Virus record (IMG/VR): IMGVR_UViG_3300045988_046732
Direction: 5' to 3' (one strand)
Origin: a virus
Length of the DNA: 41,904 nucleotides
Shown here: positions 31,888 through 39,467 of the stretch, piece after piece
Numbering within the stretch: the first letter of the stretch is position 1
Layout of the letters: every line of letters starts with the position of its first letter
Notes under the pieces: model-generated
Database searches by the model: none
Told to the model about the DNA's origin: nothing
The model's input: only the letters and a program-made list of their open reading frames with translations
Translations under genes and position numbers: made by a program

Positions 31888-32334
31888 TTACGGCTTTTGC
31901 CTCTTGCTCTCCAAAAAATCAATATAGCGTAAAATCTCCGTCAATTCCTCCGCAGATGCGGAGCGGATAAACTGGACGATTTTATCATCCACACCCTCGA
32001 TCTTCGGATCGGGGGCTTCTTTTTTCCCCTCGGCCTCGACCAGTTTCCGTACCGTCTCAATATCTTTTAAGCACTTTTCGGTTTCTTCCGGGGTTTTTCC
32101 CTCGTGCAGGAGGATGTCATCGGGGGAGACGTTGAGCGTTAAACACATTTGCACAGCAAGTTCTTTTGATGGCAAATTCAAATTTTTGCTTCTGCGTAAG
32201 TCAGATACCCATCTATTGTTTTTCCCAAATTTTCGAGAAAACGAAGCTTCACTAATATCTTTTCTTTTGCAATAAGCCTCGATAAATTTAACGCAATTAT
32301 TACCGAGAGTAACGCTATTTAATGTTTTCGGCAT
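31888..32334 (-). CDS. XRE-like HTH protein (candidate prophage repressor)
   Basis: 148 aa. ISEASFSRKFGKNNRWVSDLRR... is HTH-like, with an acidic helical C-terminus. Lies in the leftward operon of the switch region. Confidence 0.55.
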   Translation of the reverse strand: MPKTLNSVTLGNNCVKFIEAYCKRKDISEASFSRKFGKNNRWVSDLRRSKNLNLPSKELAVQMCLTLNVSPDDILLHEGKTPEETEKCLKDIETVRKLVEAEGKKEAPDPKIEGVDDKIVQFIRSASAEELTEILRYIDFLESKRQKP

Positions 32335-32345
32335 ATTAAATTCCT

Positions 32346-33011
32346 TTAAATTATATCTATTCCGTATAATGCCGCTTGGGCCAATGTTTTTTGATAGGCT
32401 TTAGAATTAGAGTTTTTCATTCTGGAGTATCCAGATAATGATTTTGGGCACAACGCAGGAAGATATTCTTGCAATCGATAATATTCATGTCGGATAGAAC
32501 GCTTTCTAATTCGTTCTTCTTCCATTTTCTTAATTAAGCGCTTCCATTTAAAATATGCAAATACGTTTGGGAAATCTCTTATAGAGAGATGCGGGTATAT
32601 TCCAACTTTTTGAAAATAGGAATCAACTCGCGCTTCTTCTTCCCATGCTTGCTTATGTGCACCTAAATTGTGCAAATGCATTATGTCAGATATGTAAGCA
32701 TCGTACTTCCAAACCATATCTGATATAAACATTAAGCTATGTGCTTTTCTTACACATTCTACGGCAAGTGCAATATTTTTCTCTTTGTAGTATTTTGCGA
32801 AGCACTGACCGCGCAAGTAATATTCTACACGGCCTGTAGGGGAATCTCCGTTTACCTCTGTACATGGGACAGGAATATTTCTTATCCCATCAACGGTTGA
32901 AAAATCATAAAAGCTTCTCAATCTAACGACTTCTTGTTCTCTTATTTGAGAATAAGCGTCGTTTTTTTCTTCGAGCGTTTTAGATCCGTCATCAAAAATA
33001 TTGTAAGCCAT
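32346..33011 (-). CDS. Hypothetical 221-aa protein, first gene of the leftward lysogeny operon (no family recognised)
   Basis: Long AT-rich ORF. There is no obvious SD upstream of the ATG at 33011. Confidence 0.6.
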   Translation of the reverse strand: MAYNIFDDGSKTLEEKNDAYSQIREQEVVRLRSFYDFSTVDGIRNIPVPCTEVNGDSPTGRVEYYLRGQCFAKYYKEKNIALAVECVRKAHSLMFISDMVWKYDAYISDIMHLHNLGAHKQAWEEEARVDSYFQKVGIYPHLSIRDFPNVFAYFKWKRLIKKMEEERIRKRSIRHEYYRLQEYLPALCPKSLSGYSRMKNSNSKAYQKTLAQAALYGIDII

Positions 33012-33088
33012 ACTTTAATAATAACTGCCAAATACAACGACATGTGTTTGTCCATTCTGCTAAATCCTACATTTTGTTGTCAAAGGCG

Positions 33089-33117
33089 TTGACATCCACC
33101 GTTATGTAGGCTATAAT
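33089..33117 (+). promoter_or_regulatory. Consensus sigma-70 promoter, rightward (early lytic, PR-like)
   Basis: TTGACA (33089-94), a 17-nt spacer, then TATAAT (33112-17). Confidence 0.75.
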
Positions 33118-33217
33118 AATCTCGTGAGTTATCATTGAGGCAACAAAAAACCAGACCCCCAAAGAAAAAATACTTTTTGCGGGTTTCATAGACGATATTT
33201 TGTTGGCTGACACTTAC

Positions 33218-33246
33218 ATGATAGCGGCGGGTGTTTCGTTTGTCAA
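33218..33246 (-). promoter_or_regulatory. Sigma-70 promoter, leftward (lysogenic, PL/PRM-like), face-to-face with the rightward promoter
   Basis: Minus strand reads TTGACA, a 17-nt spacer, then TATCAT. Confidence 0.55.
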
Positions 33247-33279
33247 GTGAAAACTCACATTGAAAGGAGGACGCACAAA

Positions 33280-33483
33280 TTGACATTGAGAGAGCTAAGG
33301 GAGCTTTCCGGTCTGACACGCGCACAGGTAGCGAAAAAGCTGAATGTTGACTTGTCCTGCGTGACGCATTGGGAGCTGGGCGATTGGCGACCGGCGCGGA
33401 AGTACCACAAGAAGCTGGCAAGGATGTACGGCGTGAGTGAGAAGGAGCTTATCGAGGCGCTTGAGGAAACGATTAAACCTTAG
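33280..33483 (+). CDS. Cro-like XRE-family HTH protein
   Basis: TTG start 8 nt after GAAAGGAGG. Sequence MTLRELRELSGLTRAQVAKKLNVDLSCVTHWELGDWRP... (the track uses a GTG at 33247). Confidence 0.7.
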   Translation: MTLRELRELSGLTRAQVAKKLNVDLSCVTHWELGDWRPARKYHKKLARMYGVSEKELIEALEETIKP

Positions 33484-33540
33484 CGAAAGCCAAAGCAACA
33501 CGGGACTGATTTTTGGTTGGCTTCGGCGGGGGAATGGGCC

Positions 33541-33669
33541 TGGTGATCTGCAACACCAATTTCCCCGCTTCTGCAACAAGCGAAAATGCCCCGCCGTCTC
33601 TGCAACAGACGGTGGGGCGGTGGAAGCGAATGGCATAAGCGCAAATGGTACGCCGTCTGCAACGCGACG
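33541..33669 (+). repeat. Tandem array of four hairpins sharing the 7-nt loop CTGCAAC with non-identical stems
   Basis: Loops at 33548-54, 33571-77, 33600-06 and 33657-63. Stems: tggtg/cacca (register shifted), cgctt/aagcg, ccccgccgtct/agacggtgggg, cgccgt/gcgacg. Confidence 0.8.
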
Positions 33670-33774
33670 AACCGGCTAAATACCAAGCTGATGCTTCCAT
33701 AGGGCAATATAGCACATTCCCCCGCCGAAGTCAATTAAAAGTTAGTTAAGGTTGCATAAAGAATTGGAGGTGAA

Positions 33775-33972
33775 ATGATGAGTTTCCGAAGCGCTCGGTT
33801 GGCCGCTGGTCTTAGCGTCCAGCAGGTGACCGAGAAACTGAATATCTCCGACGCGGCAGTGTACATGTGGGAGACCGGCCAGCAGAATCCGCGCGTGAGT
33901 CGGCTGCCGGAGATCGCCGCATTGTACGGCTGTACGTTGGACGAGCTGTTGAGGTCCGATGATGAAGAATAA
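33775..33972 (+). CDS. XRE-family HTH protein (second early regulator)
   Basis: GGAGGTG SD. Sequence LSVQQVTEKLNISDAAVYMWETGQQNPRVSRLPEIAALYGCTLDELL. Confidence 0.7.
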   Translation: MMSFRSARLAAGLSVQQVTEKLNISDAAVYMWETGQQNPRVSRLPEIAALYGCTLDELLRSDDEE

Positions 33973-34079
33973 GAAAAATGCCCCGCTCGGTGTAGCAGAC
34001 CGAACAGGGCGAGGGACAAAATCTCAGCAAAAGATATTGTGTCCTGCGGCTATTATACCGCAGGGGAAAGGAAAATACA

Positions 34080-34229
34080 ATGGGGAAGAAGCTTGAATAT
34101 AAAATTATTTGGTTGGAAGAGCCTGACCCCGTGAAGATTAAGACGACTCTGTGCCAGCTCTACGCCCGCCAAAACGGCCTGGAGTTTGTCGGCCTTGAGA
34201 AGGTCGAGACGGAATCGAAAGGTGCGTGA
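34080..34229 (+). CDS. Small hypothetical protein (49 aa; absent from the ORF track)
   Basis: Hand translation: MGKKLEYKIIWLEEPDPVKIKTTLCQLYARQNGLEFVGLEKVETESKGA. Confidence 0.4.
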   Translation: MGKKLEYKIIWLEEPDPVKIKTTLCQLYARQNGLEFVGLEKVETESKGA

Positions 34230-34408
34230 TTATGATGCGGGATCTGGTGGTGGCAGCCGCAGCCGTATGCGCGGTGAGCGGGTTGGTGCTGGCGGCGATG
34301 CCGGCCCTTGACAACAAGACGCAGCGCTGGATCGACGGCTTCTGCGCGGGCTGCCTGACGGCGTCCGTGGTGTGGGTGCTGGCGGCGGCGGTGCTGACGT
34401 TTGTGTGA
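34226..34408 (+). CDS. Small membrane protein
   Basis: 60 aa with two hydrophobic segments. Confidence 0.45.
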   Translation: MIMMRDLVVAAAAVCAVSGLVLAAMPALDNKTQRWIDGFCAGCLTASVVWVLAAAVLTFV

Positions 34409-34410
34409 GG

Positions 34411-34566
34411 ATGGTGTATATGGACAGAAAGACGAGGACCAGGCAGGAGATGCGCCTGGAGCGGCGGCTGGCGGGGCTGTATTTCGCGGCCATCGCCGGG
34501 CTGCTGCTGCTGTCCCTCTGGTTTTGGGACGCACTGCTGGCGGCCCTGGAGGCGGCGGCATGGTGA
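34411..34566 (+). CDS. Small membrane protein
   Basis: 51 aa from ATG 34411, with a hydrophobic core LYFAAIAGLLLLSLWFW. Confidence 0.4.
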   Translation: MVYMDRKTRTRQEMRLERRLAGLYFAAIAGLLLLSLWFWDALLAALEAAAW

Positions 34567-34739
34567 GAGACATTCCGGAGCCGGCCCTGGAGCCCAGAGA
34601 GCCGGAGGAGATGCCTAAGTGCCCCTGCTGCGGGTGGGAGTGCAACACCCTCTACCGGGCGAGGGGCGGCGAGATCGTGGGCTGTGAGAACTGCATTGAC
34701 GCGCTGGATGCCGTGGACAACCGGGATCTGGCAGACTAA
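34560..34739 (+). CDS. Small zinc-ribbon protein
   Basis: 59 aa from ATG 34560, containing CPCCGWEC...CENC. Confidence 0.45.
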   Translation: MVRDIPEPALEPREPEEMPKCPCCGWECNTLYRARGGEIVGCENCIDALDAVDNRDLAD

Positions 34740-34748
34740 GGAGGACGT

Positions 34749-35204
34749 ATGGACGAGCATGAGAACGGGATCTTTCAGATCCAGGACGACCAGGGGGCCG
34801 AATGGGCCCTGAAGAAGATCCGGGAGGCCCGGGAGGAGCAGGCCAAGTGGACCGACTTCTACCAGGGGCGCATGAACCAGGTAAAGACCCAGACCCAGGA
34901 GACCATCCAGTTTATGGAGGGCCTGCTGCGGCAGTATTTTGCCGGAGTGCCCCACCGGGTGACCCGCGGGGGAACGGAGAAATACACGCTGCCCAGCGGG
35001 GAGCTGATCTGCAAGCCCGCCGGGATCGACTATGAGCGGGACGAAGGGGCGCTGCTGAGCTGGTGCGAGGCCAACCTGCCCGAGGCCGTCAAGACCACCC
35101 GCAAGGCCAGCTGGGAGGACGTGAAGAAATACATCAAGGAGACCGGGGATATCCCGGAGGGCGTGGTGCCCGTGGAGACGGAGCCCACGTTCCAGGTGAA
35201 GTGA
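34749..35204 (+). CDS. Gam/Sipho_Gp157-like protein (putative host-nuclease inhibitor)
   Basis: AAGGAGG SD. 151 aa with an N-terminal coiled coil, positioned directly upstream of the annealing protein. Confidence 0.45.
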   Translation: MDEHENGIFQIQDDQGAEWALKKIREAREEQAKWTDFYQGRMNQVKTQTQETIQFMEGLLRQYFAGVPHRVTRGGTEKYTLPSGELICKPAGIDYERDEGALLSWCEANLPEAVKTTRKASWEDVKKYIKETGDIPEGVVPVETEPTFQVK

Positions 35205-35212
35205 GGCAGCGT

Positions 35213-35866
35213 ATGGAAAAGATGGAACTCTATGAGCAGAGCCGGAGATGCCCGGAGAACGCACAGCGGCAGATCCAGGCGGGCAAGCTGAAGGGCAAGA
35301 CGGATATCAACCCCATGTGGCGGCTGAAGAAGCTGACGGAGCTGTTCGGCCCCTGCGGCACCGGATGGAAGGTGGAAAACACCGCCTTCTGGACCACTCC
35401 GGGCGCGGGGGGCGAGGTGGTGGCCTGGTGCAGCCTGGAGCTGCGGTACGCCACGGAGAGCGGCTGGTCTGACCCGCTGTTCGGCATTGGCGGCTCCATG
35501 CTGGTGGACACCCAGAAGGGAAACCTGACCACCAACGACGACGCCTACAAGATGGCCTACACGGACGCCATCAGCGTGGCCTGCAAGAGTCTGGGCATGG
35601 CGGCAGACGTGTATTGGGACCAGGACAAGACCAAGTATGACAGGCAGCAGGAGACGGTAAAGCCCCCGCCCATCCTGTGCCAGCGGTGCGGGAATCCCAT
35701 CAAGGGCTACAACGGAAAGGCCGGGAAATTCACGGCGGAGGAGATCGCCGGGAAGAGCATGAAGGTCTACCACAGCAACCTGTGCTGGGACTGCATGAGA
35801 GCGGTGAAGAAGGCCCAGACCGAGCAGGCACAGGCGGAGCAGACGACCCATGAAGACGCCGGTTGA
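35213..35866 (+). CDS. Single-strand annealing protein (Rad52/Sak-like) with a C-terminal zinc ribbon
   Basis: NPMWRLKKLTELFGPCGTGW...DDAYKMAYTDAISVACKSLGMAADVYW is typical of Rad52-type phage recombinases. Confidence 0.65.
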   Translation: MEKMELYEQSRRCPENAQRQIQAGKLKGKTDINPMWRLKKLTELFGPCGTGWKVENTAFWTTPGAGGEVVAWCSLELRYATESGWSDPLFGIGGSMLVDTQKGNLTTNDDAYKMAYTDAISVACKSLGMAADVYWDQDKTKYDRQQETVKPPPILCQRCGNPIKGYNGKAGKFTAEEIAGKSMKVYHSNLCWDCMRAVKKAQTEQAQAEQTTHEDAG

Positions 35867-36539
35867 CACGGTAAAGGGCCGGATCGTGGGCTATGACGAG
35901 CGCACCCAGGAGCTGCTGATCCGGGCACACTACGACGACTGGTACACCATGACCAAGCGGGGGTACAAAGAGTGCCTGGTGCAGCCCCTGGACGCACGGC
36001 CTTTGAGCGACCGGCAGCGGAAGATGTGCTACGCCCTGCTGCGGGAGATCAGCGATTACACCGGGCAGGACGTACACTCCGCCAAGGAGTATTTGAAGCT
36101 CCGGTTCCTGGCGGACGACTTCGGGGAGACGGCGGACAGGATCTTTTCCCTGTCCAACGCCCCTATGAGCCTGGTATGTGCCTTCCAGCGGTATTTGGTG
36201 CGGTTCATCGTGGAGTACGACATCCCGTGCCGGGTGCCCCTGCTGGAGTATGTGGACGACGTGCCCGACTATATCTACGCCTGCCTGATCGCAAAGAAGT
36301 GCTGTATTACGGGCAGACCGGCGGAGCTGCACCACATCGACCGGGTGGGCATGGGCCGTGACCGGGACGACATCATCCACGAGGGCATGGAGGTGCTGCC
36401 CCTGTCCCGGGAGATGCACCAGGAGGCCCACACCATGAGCGACCTGGAGTTTTTCGACAAATACCACCTGCCCGGCGGGGTAGTGATGGACAAGACCCTG
36501 TGCCGGATCTACAAGGTGAAGGCGCGTAAGGAGAGATAA
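35850..36539 (+). CDS. Putative HNH-type nuclease
   Basis: CCITGRPAELHHIDRVGMGRDRDDIIHEGMEVLPLSREMHQEAH fits the HNHc-like pattern. Confidence 0.6.
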   Translation: MKTPVDTVKGRIVGYDERTQELLIRAHYDDWYTMTKRGYKECLVQPLDARPLSDRQRKMCYALLREISDYTGQDVHSAKEYLKLRFLADDFGETADRIFSLSNAPMSLVCAFQRYLVRFIVEYDIPCRVPLLEYVDDVPDYIYACLIAKKCCITGRPAELHHIDRVGMGRDRDDIIHEGMEVLPLSREMHQEAHTMSDLEFFDKYHLPGGVVMDKTLCRIYKVKARKER

Positions 36540-36540
36540 C

Positions 36541-37371
36541 ATGGCAAAGAGCGGAATTGATTACTTTCCGCTGGATGTCAACCTAAACGCAAAGTTTGAA
36601 CTGATAGAGGCAGAATTTGGCTTGACAGGATTTGGTGTAGTCGTTCACTTGCTGCAGGAGATCTACGGCAAGGCGGGTTACTACATTGAATGGACAGAGG
36701 AGGTTGCGCTTTTGTTCGCCCGCAAGGTCGGGTTGGGTGGGAGCGTCGTTTCCGAAATAGTGGAGGCCGCTATCAGACGAGGGATGTTCGACAAAGAGAA
36801 GTATGACAAGTACCGGGTATTGACCTCTAAAGGCATACAGGAGCGGTACTTCGAGGCAGTCAGCCGCCGTAAAACTCTCGAAGTCGATTACAACATCCTT
36901 CTGGTTGATGCTGCCCAAATTTTGCCTAATGTTGACATTCGAGCGAAAAATGTAAACATTCTTTCCGAAAATGCTGACATTTCCAAACAAAGTAAAGTAG
37001 AGGAAAGTAGAGTAGAGAAGAGTAGAGAAAAGAAGAGAAAAGGAGATGCATGCGCGGAGCCGCAAGCGGCATCCACGCCCGCGGCAGTCTCCCTCATTCT
37101 GAACGACGGATCTCTTTACGATGTTTCTGAACGGGATGTAGATCAGTGGTCAAAGCTCTATCCCAACGTGGATGTGCTTCAACAGCTGCGGAACATGGCG
37201 GGGTGGTGCGACGGAAACCCAACCAAGAGAAAGACCCGGGGAGGCGTCCGGCGGTTCATCACTTCCTGGCTGGCCAGGGAGCAGGACAAGGGCGGACGCC
37301 CCGCCGCCAGCCATGGCCGCGCAAGCGGAAACGTCTTTCTGGACATGCTGGAGGAGGAGCGGAGCCGATGA
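36541..37371 (+). CDS. DUF4373-type replication initiator-like protein
   Basis: N-terminus MAKSGIDYFPLDVNLNAKFELIEAEFGLTGFGVVVHLLQEIY is characteristic of DUF4373. Iterons lie inside the gene. Confidence 0.65.
   Translation: MAKSGIDYFPLDVNLNAKFELIEAEFGLTGFGVVVHLLQEIYGKAGYYIEWTEEVALLFARKVGLGGSVVSEIVEAAIRRGMFDKEKYDKYRVLTSKGIQERYFEAVSRRKTLEVDYNILLVDAAQILPNVDIRAKNVNILSENADISKQSKVEESRVEKSREKKRKGDACAEPQAASTPAAVSLILNDGSLYDVSERDVDQWSKLYPNVDVLQQLRNMAGWCDGNPTKRKTRGGVRRFITSWLAREQDKGGRPAASHGRASGNVFLDMLEEERSR
36928..36981. repeat. Three 12-bp palindromic iterons AATGYnnACATT at exact 21-bp spacing (candidate ori), followed by GTAGAG repeats
   Basis: aatgttgacatt (36928), aatgtaaacatt (36949), aatgctgacatt (36970), then gtagag copies at about 36995-37027 in a locally AT-rich stretch. 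Confidence 0.55.
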
Positions 37372-37922
37372 CACGGGAGGAGACGCTGGCGGTGATGAGC
37401 GTGCTGAAGGCCGCCTACCCCGGATTCTACCGGGACATGAAGCGCAGCGAGGCCGAGGGCATTGTCTCCCTGTGGGAGGAGATGTTCCGGGACGACCCGG
37501 CCCAGGTGGTAGGCATGGCAGTGAAGGCCCATATTGCCGGGGACGGCAAGGGATACCCGCCCACTATCGGGGAAATCAAGCAGGCGGTGGCTAAGCTGAC
37601 CAGGCCGAAGGAGCTGGACATGAGCGAGCTGGAGGCATGGGGCCTGGTGCGGCGGGCGGTGCAGAACGGGATCTATGGCGCGCAGAAGGAATTCGACGCG
37701 CTGCCTCCGGTGGTGCAGCAGTGCGTAGGCAGCCCAAGCCAGCTGAAGGAGTGGGCGCTGCTGGAAGAGGACGTGGTGGCCAGCGTGGTGGCCAGCAACT
37801 TTCAGCGGAGTTACCGGGCCCGGGCGGCCCAGGCAAAGGAGTTTTTGGCCCTGCCCGCTGATGTGCGCAGCGCTATGCAGCAGCTGGGCGCGGGCCTGCA
37901 ATTAAAAAGTTTGGAGGGATGA
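37368..37922 (+). CDS. Replisome organiser / helicase-loader-like protein
   Basis: 184 aa from ATG 37368 (ATGA overlap). Sequence LAVMSVLKAAYPGFYRDM...EGIVSLWEEMF resembles G39P-type loader proteins. Confidence 0.5.
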   Translation: MTREETLAVMSVLKAAYPGFYRDMKRSEAEGIVSLWEEMFRDDPAQVVGMAVKAHIAGDGKGYPPTIGEIKQAVAKLTRPKELDMSELEAWGLVRRAVQNGIYGAQKEFDALPPVVQQCVGSPSQLKEWALLEEDVVASVVASNFQRSYRARAAQAKEFLALPADVRSAMQQLGAGLQLKSLEG

Positions 37923-38245
37923 CCGTGGAGAGAAACATAGACAAGATCAAACGGCTGGAGTATGAGCTGGAGCGTTACCGGCAGAAGGTAGACCGGCAGG
38001 AGGCGGAGCTGGCCCAGCTGCGGCCCAACGCCAAGACGGCCCTGGACGGGCTGGCGGCGGCCCACGCCACCATGAACGCCAACATGGCGGTGCTGGCCAT
38101 GTGGTACGGCCAGAAGGAGGGGGACGGTTGGACGCTGAAAATGCCCCTGTTCGATCCGGCCAGGATCTTAGAGCGCTATAAAGTGAGCGCACAGCAGGAG
38201 GAGGACGGCTATCTGATCCGGGTGACCGTGGAGACGCCGGAATGA
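37919..38245 (+). CDS. Hypothetical coiled-coil protein
   Basis: 108-aa ORF overlapping its neighbours. Confidence 0.55.
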   Translation: MTVERNIDKIKRLEYELERYRQKVDRQEAELAQLRPNAKTALDGLAAAHATMNANMAVLAMWYGQKEGDGWTLKMPLFDPARILERYKVSAQQEEDGYLIRVTVETPE

Positions 38246-38637
38246 TCCGGTTTGAGATCCAGTATCCCAAGGGCGGCAAGGCCAAAACGATCTGGAATCG
38301 CCGGTTCGGCCTGAACGCCTACTACGCCGGGAAGAGCTGGCCGGAGCGGAAGCGGGACGCCGAGGAGCTGCACATGATCGCCCGGGCGGCCATGCACCGG
38401 GCGGGGATCAAACCGGGGGTGATCAGCAGTCCGGCGCAGGTGCGGTTTTACTGGGCGGACGGCCTGGATATCGACAACCACGCGGTGCTTGGGAAGGCCA
38501 TTGTGGACGCCATGAAGGGGTATCTTCTGGCGGACGACGGGCCGAAGTATGTCCGGAAGGTCTCCCACGAGTTTTGGGAGGGGGACTGCATCCGGGTGGA
38601 GGTGGAAGCGCTCCATGGGGCGGCACAAAAAGGATGA
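38242..38637 (+). CDS. rusA: RusA-family Holliday-junction resolvase
   Basis: ADGLDIDNHAVLGKAIVDAMKGYLLADDG carries the RusA acidic catalytic pattern. Confidence 0.75.
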   Translation: MIRFEIQYPKGGKAKTIWNRRFGLNAYYAGKSWPERKRDAEELHMIARAAMHRAGIKPGVISSPAQVRFYWADGLDIDNHAVLGKAIVDAMKGYLLADDGPKYVRKVSHEFWEGDCIRVEVEALHGAAQKG

Positions 38638-38812
38638 AGAGCATCCCGTCTACGGGATGGACAACAGGGACCTGGTATGGCGGTGCCTGCACTGCAAGCG
38701 GCCCGAGTGCAACAACTGCATGGGCTCGTTTTACGCGGACGTGCGGGCGTGCATCCGGGAAGAGGCAAAGAAGGCCAGGGAAGAATACGAAAAGGAGCAC
38801 GGAATATGTTAA
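38615..38812 (+). CDS. Small Cys-rich hypothetical protein
   Basis: 65 aa from ATG 38615, containing CLHCKRPECNNC. Confidence 0.45.
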   Translation: MGRHKKDEEHPVYGMDNRDLVWRCLHCKRPECNNCMGSFYADVRACIREEAKKAREEYEKEHGIC

Positions 38813-39198
38813 ATCACATTGTTATCATGGGCAGACTGGGAAAAGACCCGGAGCTGCGGAGGACCCAGAGCGGGGTGGCGGTGGCAACCTTCAACGTGGC
38901 GGTGGACCGGGACTTCAAGGACAAGGCCACCGGCCAGCGGGCCACGGACTGGATCACCTGCGTGGCATGGCGGAGCACCGCGGAGTTTGTGGAGAAGTAT
39001 TTCGCCAAGGGCAGCCAGGTGCTGGTGGCGGGCCGCCTGCAGATGCGGGACTGGACGGACAAGGACGGCAACAAGCGCATCAGCGCCGAGGTGCAGGCGG
39101 AGAACGTATACTTTGCCGGGGCCAAGACAGAAGGCGGACAGAGAGAGCTGCCGGAATTCGAGGTGATGGACGATGACGACCCAGACCTGCCCTTCTGA
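38806..39198 (+). CDS. ssb: Single-stranded DNA-binding protein
   Basis: MLNHIVIMGRLGKDPELRRTQSGVAVATFNVAV (OB fold) and the acidic tail DDDPDLPF. Confidence 0.9.
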   Translation: MLNHIVIMGRLGKDPELRRTQSGVAVATFNVAVDRDFKDKATGQRATDWITCVAWRSTAEFVEKYFAKGSQVLVAGRLQMRDWTDKDGNKRISAEVQAENVYFAGAKTEGGQRELPEFEVMDDDDPDLPF

Positions 39199-39346
39199 GG
39201 AGAAGAACATCTACTATCCCTGCGACCTGTGCTGCGCCCAGGACGATTGCCGGAGCACAGGCGGGTGCTGCCGCTGGAGGGCGTGGTTCCGGGCCTACTG
39301 GGCGGAGCTGAGGAGACGGTATGCTAAGAATTACAGTGGAGATTGA
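39173..39346 (+). CDS. Small Cys-rich hypothetical protein (57 aa; absent from the ORF track)
   Basis: Hand translation: MTTQTCPSEEKNIYYPCDLCCAQDDCRSTGGCCRWRAWFRAYWAELRRRYAKNYSGD. Confidence 0.35.
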   Translation: MTTQTCPSEEKNIYYPCDLCCAQDDCRSTGGCCRWRAWFRAYWAELRRRYAKNYSGD

Positions 39347-39467
39347 CGCCCACAGGGTGGACGCCCAGGGGGCGAAAGAGGCCATTGCGGATATGGAAAA
39401 ATACGGGGATGTGCGGGTGGTACAGGTGCAGGAGGTAAATCCCCGGCAAATGGAGGTTTGGAAATGA
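39321..39467 (+). CDS. Small hypothetical protein (48 aa; absent from the ORF track)
   Basis: Hand translation: MLRITVEIDAHRVDAQGAKEAIADMEKYGDVRVVQVQEVNPRQMEVWK. ATGA overlap with dut. Confidence 0.4.
   Translation: MLRITVEIDAHRVDAQGAKEAIADMEKYGDVRVVQVQEVNPRQMEVWK

Noticed and set aside
33080-33421. 113-aa minus-strand ORF across the switch region and the cro-like gene
   Set aside because: It spans both promoters and runs antisense to the HTH gene. It has no SD and an implausible composition.
33541-33669. The hairpin array as a CRISPR array or a solitary CRISPR-repeat mimic
   Set aside because: The stems are not conserved and only the 7-nt loop is. Spacing is irregular (23, 29 and 57 nt), and there are no repeat-spacer units or cas genes.
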